A DNA stretch of 64,000 nucleotides from Gemmatimonadales bacterium (lineage in GTDB: Bacteria; Gemmatimonadota; Gemmatimonadetes; Gemmatimonadales; GWC2-71-9). This document shows positions 37,617-46,147 of the stretch, piece after piece (position 1 is the stretch's first letter; each line of letters starts with the position of its first letter). The notes under the pieces are model-generated. The model searched no databases and was not told the DNA's origin. It saw only the letters and a list, made by a program, of their open reading frames with translations. The DNA lies in contig JBFJCP010000002.1 in NCBI GenBank assembly GCA_041615815.1, positions 173,025 through 237,024 of the forward strand, written 5' to 3'. The translations under genes were made by a program, and so were the position numbers.

Positions 37617-37744
37617 GACCACGGTGCAACGTCCTCGCACGATCACCGCCTATCCGCGACTCGCGCGCGCATCCGCCTTCGGATGTCGCGTTCGCCCCTC
37701 GAAGGCCGTATTCTAGTGCCAGTTGGACTCCAGGGACACTCGGC

Positions 37745-40291
37745 TTGCTCAATCTCCTCGACGGCCTCAAGGTCGCGCTCGCCGGCCGCTATGCCATAGA
37801 TCGGGAAATTGGGCGTGGTGGGATGGCAACGGTTTACCTCGCCCAGGATCTGAAGCACCGGCGTCAAGTCGCCGTGAAGGCCCTCCGACCCGAGCTCGCT
37901 GCAACGATCACCACGGAGCGATTCCTCCGCGAAATCGAGATTGCAGCCGGACTCACCCATTCGCACATCCTCCCCGTCCACGATTCCGGCGAGGCCGGCG
38001 GCTTTCTGTACTTCGTCATGCCGTACATCGAGGGAGAAAACCTGCGCCGCCGCCTGGCTCGTGAGCAGTGGCTCCCCTTGAGCTTCGCCCTCCAAATCAC
38101 CCGCGAGGTCGCGGAAGCGCTGGACTACGCTCATCGCCGTCACTTGGTGCATCGCGACATCAAGCCAGAGAACATTCTTCTGTCCGAGGGCCACGCGTTG
38201 GTGGCCGATTTCGGGATCGCGCTGGCCATTAGCGCGGCTGGGGAGGAAACGCTGACCAGGGCCGGCATCGCGATGGGGACCCCACGGTACATGAGCCCCG
38301 AGCAAGCCATGGGCGAGCGGGAGCTCGACGGCCGCTCCGACATCTTCAGTCTCGGCTGCGTCCTCTACGAGATGTTGGTGGGCTCCACGCCGGGCATCTG
38401 GTTCGACGGGCAGGGCGCCGCGGTAGGACGGTTTCGCGACACGCCCCACGAGCATCGCAACCGGCTCGACAGTCTCCCCCCGGCGGTGCAGCAGGCGTTG
38501 GTCACGGCGTTGGCCAAGTTGCCGGATGATCGCTTTCCCACCGCGGAGCTGTTCGCCAAGGCGCTCACCCCACCGCCCCGCTACAGCGTGATGCAATGGG
38601 GATTCCTGCCGAACGCAGACGAGGCGGCCGAGACGGTGCCGATGGCCACGGAGCGCCCGGTCCGACACCGGCGGCGTCACCTTGGCCGCATCGCCGTCGC
38701 CTCTGCCACGGTCGCGCTCGCGGTCCTGCTGGTGATGACGTTCGTGATGCCGTCAATGCCGCCCTGGACGTTCGTCGTGGTCGCGGCCGTCGCACTTCTC
38801 GGCTTCGTCGCCTCCGCCATCCAGCCGCGGACCCTCAAGCTGCTCCGCACAGGTATGCCTCGCGGCCTAGGACCACCTGCGCCTCAGCCGCAGCGTGCGA
38901 CGTCGGCGTCCGGGGATGCACCGGTGGGATCGATCGCCGTACTGCCGTTCGCCGATTTGAGTCCCGCAAGGGACCAGGAGTACTTCAGCGATGGCATAGC
39001 CGAAGAGCTTCTGAACAAGCTCGCAAAGGTCGACGGGCTTCGCGTTGCGGCGCGTACCTCGTCCTTCCACTTCAAGGGAAAGCACGAGGATGTCCGGCGC
39101 ATCGGAGAACAATTGGGTGTCGAAACGGTCCTGGAAGGGAGTGTGAGGAAGAGCGAGAACCGGCTACGCATCACGGCTCAGCTCGTCAGCGCGACGGACG
39201 GGTTCCATCTTTGGTCGGAGACCTACGACCGCCAGCTTGCCGACATCTTCACGATACAAGAGGAGATCGCCGAGGCGATCGTGGATGCGCTCCGGATCCG
39301 GCTGCCGGGTGGGAAGGCGGTATCCCTGGCCACGGCGCGAACGCCGAATCTCGAAGCGCACAACCTCTACCTGCAAGGTCGCTACCTCTGGAACAAACGG
39401 ACCAAAGCGGGACTGGAGGAAGCGGTTGAGCGCTACCGAGAGGCGATCGAGCGAGATCCCCACTACGCCCTCGCGTACGCCGGCCTGGCGGACGCCTACC
39501 TCCTGCTCGGGACATACCGCCATATGGGGCGGGCGGAGGCGCTACGCCGTGCCAAGCAGGCTGCAGAGCAGGCGCTCGACTTGGACGAGACACTGGCAGA
39601 AGCTCATACCTCACGCGGACAGGTTCTGCGATCGGAGCGAAACTGGGATGCCGAGGAGCGGGAATATCAACGTGCGATCGCACTCAACCCCAGCTACGCA
39701 ACGGCCCATCATTGGTATGCCACGCTGCTGAGCTCGTTGGGGCGCTCCGACGAGGCTCTCCGTGAGATCCGGCGGGCGGAGGAGCTCGACCCGCTGTCGC
39801 ACGCCATCAGCGTCACGGTGGCCGTGGTGTTGTTCCTTGCCGGTGAGTATGACCGTGCCATCGAACAACTGCGGAACGCGCTCAAACTGGAGCCGAACTT
39901 CTTCTCTGCCTATCGGGTCCTCGGCACCACATACGCGCAGCTTGGACGCTACGACGAAGCGATCCGAGCGACACAGCGCGCGATGGAGTTGAGTCCCGTA
40001 AACCCTGATATCCCCGTGGCGCTGGGATACATCTATGCTCGTACCGGGCGGTCAGCGGAAGCACGACGGATCATCGAGCGAGCGAGAGCCGGGGAGGCGG
40101 ATCCGGGCTACGTAGCGCTCGTGTACGCGGCGCTCGGTGAGCCGGATCGTGCGTTCGAGTGCCTGGAGGAAGCATTTGCGAAGGAGTCGTGGGCGTTCTT
40201 ATTCATGATCAAGGTGGGCCCCTGGTTCGATCCTCTGCGCCCTGACCCACGGTTCAACGACTTGGTGCGCCGCATGAAGTTGCCCGAGTGA
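37745..40291 (+). CDS. Hanks-type Ser/Thr protein kinase with TM segments, TolB-N-like domain and TPRs
   Basis: 'IGRGGMATVY', 'VAVK', 'HRDIKPEN', 'DFG' and 'GTPRYMSPEQ'; then 'SIAVLPF.DLS...DQEYFSDGIAEEL' and a TPR array. TTG start at 37745 is inferred. Confidence 0.92.
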   Translation: MLNLLDGLKVALAGRYAIDREIGRGGMATVYLAQDLKHRRQVAVKALRPELAATITTERFLREIEIAAGLTHSHILPVHDSGEAGGFLYFVMPYIEGENLRRRLAREQWLPLSFALQITREVAEALDYAHRRHLVHRDIKPENILLSEGHALVADFGIALAISAAGEETLTRAGIAMGTPRYMSPEQAMGERELDGRSDIFSLGCVLYEMLVGSTPGIWFDGQGAAVGRFRDTPHEHRNRLDSLPPAVQQALVTALAKLPDDRFPTAELFAKALTPPPRYSVMQWGFLPNADEAAETVPMATERPVRHRRRHLGRIAVASATVALAVLLVMTFVMPSMPPWTFVVVAAVALLGFVASAIQPRTLKLLRTGMPRGLGPPAPQPQRATSASGDAPVGSIAVLPFADLSPARDQEYFSDGIAEELLNKLAKVDGLRVAARTSSFHFKGKHEDVRRIGEQLGVETVLEGSVRKSENRLRITAQLVSATDGFHLWSETYDRQLADIFTIQEEIAEAIVDALRIRLPGGKAVSLATARTPNLEAHNLYLQGRYLWNKRTKAGLEEAVERYREAIERDPHYALAYAGLADAYLLLGTYRHMGRAEALRRAKQAAEQALDLDETLAEAHTSRGQVLRSERNWDAEEREYQRAIALNPSYATAHHWYATLLSSLGRSDEALREIRRAEELDPLSHAISVTVAVVLFLAGEYDRAIEQLRNALKLEPNFFSAYRVLGTTYAQLGRYDEAIRATQRAMELSPVNPDIPVALGYIYARTGRSAEARRIIERARAGEADPGYVALVYAALGEPDRAFECLEEAFAKESWAFLFMIKVGPWFDPLRPDPRFNDLVRRMKLPE

Positions 40292-40414
40292 GGGCTATCC
40301 CGGTCGTCCGAGCCCGCCCCTCCCGCCATTCCGCCGTCTTGGGACCTGATCCCCCGAGAATGAGGCCTACCGCACAGTTGCCGCCACCCAACGCCGCTAC
40401 TGTCATCCGTGACC

Positions 40415-41206
40415 ATGTGGAAGCCCCTCGTCTCCTCGGCCGCGCTCCTACTTGTTTCCGGAACGGGAGCGCAACTCCCCGCCCAGGAGTGCCGGGGCTT
40501 TCGCCAGTGCTACAATCTCGCGGCTGACGCCAGGACCGCTGGCGACACGGGCCTGGCCATTCACGCCTACAGCGACGCTTGTGCCCTTCCGGTAGAACGA
40601 GTCTACGGAGCCCTTCAGATCGCCGCCTGCGAATACGTCATCAGCCTGAGCGGCGCTACCGATGGACATGCGAGCAGCGACGCGTACTTCCGCGGGCGCT
40701 GTGAAGCCGGGTCGGATCAGGCGTGCTTCTTCCTGGGCAAGATGGAAGCAGCGCGAGATAGCCTCGAAGCCGCGCTCGCGCTCCTCCGCCCACTCTGCGA
40801 CGCGCGCTTCGAGCTTCCCGCCGTACACGGGTATACCGCGTGCACGCAGCTCCGACGCATCGCACAGGTCGTTGAGGCACGCGAGCCGGAGATGTTGCGC
40901 ACCGGGCCGCTCCAGCTCGGGGCCTTCCTGGGCGTCCTGTTCCTCACGCTCGTATCGGCGGCGGCGTGTGTCCGCGCGCTCGTAACCAAGTCGCCCACAC
41001 TCGCTACGTGGTGCCTCGCGAGTTCCGGACTCGCCTTGCTCGTCTACGGATACTACGAGAGCGGCATCCCGTCGCACTATGCCATCCGTATCGATCTCCT
41101 CCTCATCCTACCGGCGCTGATAGCCAATCTCGTCTTGATCGTCATCGCTTCGATCTGGCTGGCACGGCGGAGAGGCCGCATCGACGTCCCCAACTCCACG
41201 ACTTGA
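40415..41206 (+). CDS. Hypothetical protein with Cys-rich Sel1/TPR-like exported domain and three C-terminal TM helices
   Basis: Signal peptide, paired Cys ('DAC..', 'CEAGSDQAC', 'LCD..TAC') and hydrophobic C-terminus. Confidence 0.6.
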   Translation: MWKPLVSSAALLLVSGTGAQLPAQECRGFRQCYNLAADARTAGDTGLAIHAYSDACALPVERVYGALQIAACEYVISLSGATDGHASSDAYFRGRCEAGSDQACFFLGKMEAARDSLEAALALLRPLCDARFELPAVHGYTACTQLRRIAQVVEAREPEMLRTGPLQLGAFLGVLFLTLVSAAACVRALVTKSPTLATWCLASSGLALLVYGYYESGIPSHYAIRIDLLLILPALIANLVLIVIASIWLARRRGRIDVPNSTT

Positions 41207-41245
41207 TCCTCGCCCCGCCGACCGTTCGAGCCGTCGCGTCAGAAG

Positions 41246-41274
41246 TTGCTATTTTGTAGCATTTGCTCCAATAT
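41246..41274 (+). promoter_or_regulatory. Putative sigma70 promoter with TetR operator palindrome between -35 and -10
   Basis: TTGCTA (41246-51), 17 bp, CAATAT (41269-74); imperfect palindrome TTGTAGCATTTGCTCCAA at 41254-41271. Confidence 0.55.
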
Positions 41275-41304
41275 TGGCGTTGTCCACTCCTCACGACGCA
41301 ACCG

Positions 41305-41955
41305 ATGAAGCCAACCGCGGGAACGACATCCATTACAACACCGGCCGGCCCTCGCGGCGCGGGACGACCGCGCTCGTTCGATCACGACGCGGTCTTGGAC
41401 GCGGCGGTGGAAGTCTTCTGGGGAAACGGATTTCGCGGCACGACCACTCGGGATCTGGAAGCGGCGCTTGGGCTCGCGCCTTCCTCAATCTATAACGCGT
41501 TCGGGTCGAAACGTGATCTGTTGACCGCGGCGCTCGACCGCTACGAGCGGCAGATCACCGATTCGCTGTTAGGTCCGCTCGAGACCTCAAACGAGGGCCT
41601 CGCAGCCCTCGACGCATTCTTTTGCTCCGTTGGGACATGGATTGCCGCGCACCGCCGCCAGGGTTGCTTGCTGATCAACACCATGGCCGAGGATGGCGGA
41701 ACGACGGATCGCATCACCCGGCGCGCCAGCCAGTACCGGCTTCGGCTGCGCCGCGCCTTCCATGGAGCACTCATTCGATCCGCCGCAGCCGGTGAGACGA
41801 ACGACGATCACCTCGAGGCACGTGCCGATCTGCTGTTGAGCGCTCTGCTGGGTCTCAACATCGCGGCGCGCGGCGGGGCCACGCCCGCCGAGCTCGGCCG
41901 TCTCACCACAGGAGTGCGTACACAAGTCGAAGGTTGGCGCGTCACCGAGACATGA
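41305..41955 (+). CDS. TetR/AcrR-family regulator (NemR/ComR-like)
   Basis: 'GRPRSFD...LDAAVEVFW..GF.GTT..DL...LGL..SSIYNAFGSKRDL' and 'GCLLINT'. Confidence 0.92.
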   Translation: MKPTAGTTSITTPAGPRGAGRPRSFDHDAVLDAAVEVFWGNGFRGTTTRDLEAALGLAPSSIYNAFGSKRDLLTAALDRYERQITDSLLGPLETSNEGLAALDAFFCSVGTWIAAHRRQGCLLINTMAEDGGTTDRITRRASQYRLRLRRAFHGALIRSAAAGETNDDHLEARADLLLSALLGLNIAARGGATPAELGRLTTGVRTQVEGWRVTET

Positions 41956-41989
41956 GCTGGACACCCATCACTCTTCTCCGAGGGAATCC

Positions 41990-42571
41990 ATGACCACCCG
42001 AATCAAGCCGCTCAAACCGGGCGAGAGCCCCGATACTGCCGTGAACGAGTTGCTCGAACAGGGTCGCGATGGCTGGTGGAGCGACTCGGCGATGTTCGGC
42101 GTCATCGGGCGCTGTCCCGAATTGCTCAAGACCATCGTTCCCGTGTTCGGCGCGTTCTTCGGCGCCGGAAAGGTGGAACCCCACATTCACGAACTGATGC
42201 GTATCAAGACGGGGACCATCAACGACTGCGCGTACTGAATGACGGTCCGAACCGCCGCCGTGCGCGGCGATGTGGCCCCCAAAGAAGCCGAGTGTCAGAA
42301 ACACCAGCCCAAGGCCGGTGCGGTGCTCAACCAGCGCGAGGCATTGGCCGTTTCGTTGGCCGAGCGGATCGCCCTCGATCCGCATACCGTGACGGATGAC
42401 TTCTTCGCGGACTTGAAGCGCGTGTTCACCGAAGAGGAGATCGTCGAGATGGTCTTCGCCTGCGGCATCTTCAATTGGGGAAACAAATTCAATATCACGA
42501 TGCACATGGATTCCGACGACACGAGCGAGTACGAGCGAGACATGCCGTACCGCCAGGAGCAACTGGTGTGA
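41990..42571 (+). CDS. AhpD/carboxymuconolactone-decarboxylase-like protein, probable selenoprotein (TGA 42236-42238 = Sec, CAYU motif)
   Basis: ORFs 41990-42238 and 42239-42571 are in the same frame, separated only by TGA. Readthrough gives 'ELMRIKTGTINDCAYU' in place of the AhpD CxxC and a complete 193-aa domain. Confidence 0.85.
42253..42269 (+). promoter_or_regulatory. Putative bacterial SECIS hairpin
   Basis: CGCCGC-cgtgc-GCGGCG; the apical loop begins 21 nt after the TGA and has G at its second position. Confidence 0.55.
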
Positions 42572-42906
42572 GCCTGATCGACGAGCTGGATGGGGTCGCG
42601 CTGGGAAGGGTGCTGCATGACGAAGGACGGGGTGTCGTGGTCGACTTCTGGTCTCCTTGGTGCGCGCCTTGCCGCGCCTTGCGCCCCCACCTGCACAAGA
42701 TGGCGGAGGACCGCGCTGACGTGTGGCGTTTCGTGGCGGTGAACACCGAAGCACATCCAACAGTGGCCGAGGACTACGACGTGCGCTCGCTGCCCACGCT
42801 GGTGCTGTTTCGCGACGGGGAAGAGATCTCCCGTCTCGCAGGAGGCATCACGCTGTCGGCGGTTGCGGCCACCCTGGACGATCTGGACTTGCCACGCGGC
42901 GCGTAG
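42568..42906 (+). CDS. Thioredoxin
   Basis: 'VVVDFWSPWCAPCR' and 'VRSLPTLVLFRDG'; GTGA overlap with the upstream stop. Confidence 0.92.
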   Translation: MSLIDELDGVALGRVLHDEGRGVVVDFWSPWCAPCRALRPHLHKMAEDRADVWRFVAVNTEAHPTVAEDYDVRSLPTLVLFRDGEEISRLAGGITLSAVAATLDDLDLPRGA

Positions 42907-42949
42907 CGTGGAGCGGGCAGGACGTAGTGATCTCTGCGAATGCCATGTT

Positions 42950-43621
42950 CTACGGCTTCCTGTTCCTCCGCTCGAACAGGGTCTCCCACCCCCGCTGGAT
43001 CGCCCGGGCGGATCCCAGCCCCACGGCCACGGCGAACGCTACGCCAATGGCACCAAACCCAATCAGGAACGCGGATAGGACGATCTCACGCGCGAAGTTG
43101 AGCTGCCACAGCGCCAGCGCTCCGACGACCGCGAGCAACGCGGCCTTGAGGAGCTTGCCGGCGAGTCTGGCATATGGCGCCTCCTCCTCTTCGAGCGCAT
43201 CCTCCACGCGTCTGGCGGTCGTATTGGCGAGAAACAGCCCGATGCCCACGATGAAGGCGGCGAGTGCGAGGTTGGGCAGGTAGGTGATCCCCGTCTCCAG
43301 CATGCGCGAGAGCACCGTCAGGCCCCAGATCTGCAGTGCGTTGTCCAGAAACACGACGATGACGACGACCATGGCGATCGTGCCAAGCAGATTGTAGAGC
43401 GCGGCGCGAACGTCACCCTTGCCGAACGCCGCGCGCCACGCGACCCGCCCGCCCAGTCGGTCCAGGCGAAGAAGAATCAGGATGCGAATCACCACCCGCT
43501 TGGCCACCCATCCCACTGCCACGCCCAGTGCCAGCACCACGACACCGGCGGCCAACGTGGGTGCATAGTCCGTGAAGCGCTGACTGAACTCCGCCAGCGG
43601 GCCAGCGGATTGCGTTTGCAT
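42950..43621 (-). CDS. TM_helix-repeat (CmpX / mechanosensitive-channel-like) membrane protein
   Basis: 'YAPTLAAG', 'YLPNLALAAFI' and 'AFAVAVGLGS'; resembles the N-terminal part of 24542-25357. Confidence 0.75.
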   Translation of the reverse strand: MQTQSAGPLAEFSQRFTDYAPTLAAGVVVLALGVAVGWVAKRVVIRILILLRLDRLGGRVAWRAAFGKGDVRAALYNLLGTIAMVVVIVVFLDNALQIWGLTVLSRMLETGITYLPNLALAAFIVGIGLFLANTTARRVEDALEEEEAPYARLAGKLLKAALLAVVGALALWQLNFAREIVLSAFLIGFGAIGVAFAVAVGLGSARAIQRGWETLFERRNRKP

Positions 43622-43626
43622 GTCGC

Positions 43627-45867
43627 TCAGCTCCTCGTGAAGAAGACCCGCTCGAACCGGCGGGCGCGCTCCTCGGGCACGTCCCGCACCACGACCACCG
43701 GGTTTCTCCCACGTTTCGCAATCAACGCGGGAATCGTCTCTCCCACGATGGGCACCACCGGCCCGGTGGTGGGGGCACCGATGAGCACCAATTCGCCCCG
43801 GCCGATGGCTCGCGTGAGTCCATGACCGATGTCCCGCCGCCTGAGGACGTCGAGCTTACCGTCATAGGAAGCCGATGCCAGGGTGGCTCGCGCTTCGCTT
43901 GCCAGGTTTTCCGCGACGTCCGGTGTGATATCGCGCTCGATGACGGTGAGTGCACGAATCGGGGCATCGTACCATTCGGCGAATGCCGGTCCGAGTTCGG
44001 CCGCGAGCTGTGAGTTCTCGCCTTTGGTCACCGGAACAACGATTCGTCCCACCGTACCGTGATCGACTCCACCATAGACGACACCGACCTGACACGGCGC
44101 ATCCTGCAGCACCCGCTCCACGATGGACGAGACGATACGCTCGAAGACGGACTGCGGGTACGGTTGGCCCATGATGAGGAAGTTGCAGCCTTCTTCCCGC
44201 GCGGCTTGGGCAAGCGAGTGACTGATGCGTCGTCCGATCTTCACAACCGGTCGGGCAACGACTCCCCGCTCTCGGGCGTAGCGCACCGCGTCATCGAGGA
44301 CCGGCTCGAGCTCGCGGAGCTGTCGCCGGCCGGCGAGGAGCGTTTCGCCCTCCGGCACTTCGGCCACCGTCACCGCCACCACCTCTCCATTGTGTTTTTT
44401 GGCGATGGCCAATGCCACGTCCATGAGCGAAGCGACCGTACGAGGAGCGGAGATCGCGACGAGCACCCGATATTCCTTCCGCTCGATGCGCTCCATCCAT
44501 GCTTCCCGCTCCCCGAACGCCGTCTCACGTTTCTTGCTGTACACGTAGTAGAACACCGAGCCCAGCACGATCCACCCACCGGCCGCCAGCCACGCGAGCG
44601 GGTAGTCGATGAACATGAACACGGCGAGGAACAACATGGTCGCGATCGCGAGCAGGGGGGTGAAGGGTACGAACGGCACCCGAAAACCGCGGTCCAGCTC
44701 GGGGTGAGACTTCCGCAGGCGGATCAACGCCACGTTGACGCCGCCGAACAACAAGAGAAACATCACGCTGGCCGCCGCCGCCACCTGCTCGATGGGGAGT
44801 GCCACGGCCATCCCGACGATGATGAGCGTGGAGAACAGAACCGCGTAGTGGGGCGTTGCATGTTTCTTGTGGACTTGCGCCACAAACCGTGGAAGACTCG
44901 CATCCCGTGCCATCGCGAACGCAACCCGAGAAGACGAGTAGATAGTCGCATTCAACGCCGAGAGGGTCGACAAGAGACCCCCAACGAGGATCACCAGGGC
45001 GCCACCCACGAAGAATTGATCCGCCGCCGATACCAGGGCGATCTCTTTCTCGGCCCCGAGATATTCCCACACGGCCATCCCGGCTGGCGGTGAGACGGCC
45101 CCGATCGCCACCAGCGCGATCAACACATAGATCGGGATGACGATGACCAGCGAAAGAAACACGGCGCGCGGTACGTTGCGTTTGGGATCCTCGACCTCCT
45201 CGCTGGTCTGCGCGATGATCTCGTACCCTTCGAAGGCGATATACGTGAGTCCCATCGCAGCGAAAACGCCGGCCCACCCACGGGTCATGAACGGAGTGAA
45301 CGCACCGTCCCACCCCGGGCGGTTGATCATCACCCAGAGACCGACGGCAATGAAGACACCCAGGACGAGGAGTTTCCCCAAGGTGACCACATTGCCAGCC
45401 TTGCCGGCCTCGGAGGCACCCCGGTAGTTGATGTAGGAAAAGAGCGCGCAGGCCCCAACGGCCAACCAGATCTGGAAGCTCGCCAACGGCAGCTGGGGAT
45501 CCGCGATCCCGGAAACCGCCAGGACTTCGCGGAAGTACGCGCCAAACCCCAACGCATACAGCGAGCAGGCCACGGCATGGGCAAACCAATCCATCCAGCC
45601 CGCGAGGAACCCACTGGGGTCGGGGAGGGATCGTTTGATCCAGAGATAGCCACCGCCGGCTCCGTGAATGGCGCTGCCGAGTTCGGCATAGGCCATGGCC
45701 GTCAGTAATGCGACCGCACCATTCAACAGGAAGACGATGAGAAGTGCCGGCCCGGCAACCCCCGCAGCGATCCCCGTCAGCACGAAGATGCCGGCTCCGA
45801 TCATGGCACCGACACCGATCATCGTGACATCGATCAACCGCATTTCGCGGCTCAGACGGACTTCCAT
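43627..45867 (-). CDS. APC-family amino-acid permease fused to universal-stress-protein domains
   Basis: 'GVGAMIGAGIF', 'YAELGS', 'FEGYE...SEEVEDPKRNVPRA' and C-terminal USP folds. Start set at ATG 45867. Confidence 0.9.
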   Translation of the reverse strand: MEVRLSREMRLIDVTMIGVGAMIGAGIFVLTGIAAGVAGPALLIVFLLNGAVALLTAMAYAELGSAIHGAGGGYLWIKRSLPDPSGFLAGWMDWFAHAVACSLYALGFGAYFREVLAVSGIADPQLPLASFQIWLAVGACALFSYINYRGASEAGKAGNVVTLGKLLVLGVFIAVGLWVMINRPGWDGAFTPFMTRGWAGVFAAMGLTYIAFEGYEIIAQTSEEVEDPKRNVPRAVFLSLVIVIPIYVLIALVAIGAVSPPAGMAVWEYLGAEKEIALVSAADQFFVGGALVILVGGLLSTLSALNATIYSSSRVAFAMARDASLPRFVAQVHKKHATPHYAVLFSTLIIVGMAVALPIEQVAAAASVMFLLLFGGVNVALIRLRKSHPELDRGFRVPFVPFTPLLAIATMLFLAVFMFIDYPLAWLAAGGWIVLGSVFYYVYSKKRETAFGEREAWMERIERKEYRVLVAISAPRTVASLMDVALAIAKKHNGEVVAVTVAEVPEGETLLAGRRQLRELEPVLDDAVRYARERGVVARPVVKIGRRISHSLAQAAREEGCNFLIMGQPYPQSVFERIVSSIVERVLQDAPCQVGVVYGGVDHGTVGRIVVPVTKGENSQLAAELGPAFAEWYDAPIRALTVIERDITPDVAENLASEARATLASASYDGKLDVLRRRDIGHGLTRAIGRGELVLIGAPTTGPVVPIVGETIPALIAKRGRNPVVVVRDVPEERARRFERVFFTRS

Positions 45868-46147
45868 GGCCACGGCCGGCTCCCTACGGAGAGCGGTGTG
45901 AGAGAGTGCGCATCGCCGGAGCGGTCCGCAAGGGTTGGCCACGAGCTGTCTTGACCGTCCGGCTTCGGACAGCGCGTCCCACCTTCGAGCACGCACCCCC
46001 GGACGCGGCGAGGCTCCAACAAGCCCTAACCCTCAGGGCGCAGCGAGATTACCCTCCCGACAACCTGGGGCACGGGGGTTGCCCTCTTCGCGGTGGTCGG
46101 ACTCGATCGACCCTCAACCCGGCAGTGCTGGAATCACGAGGATCCCC

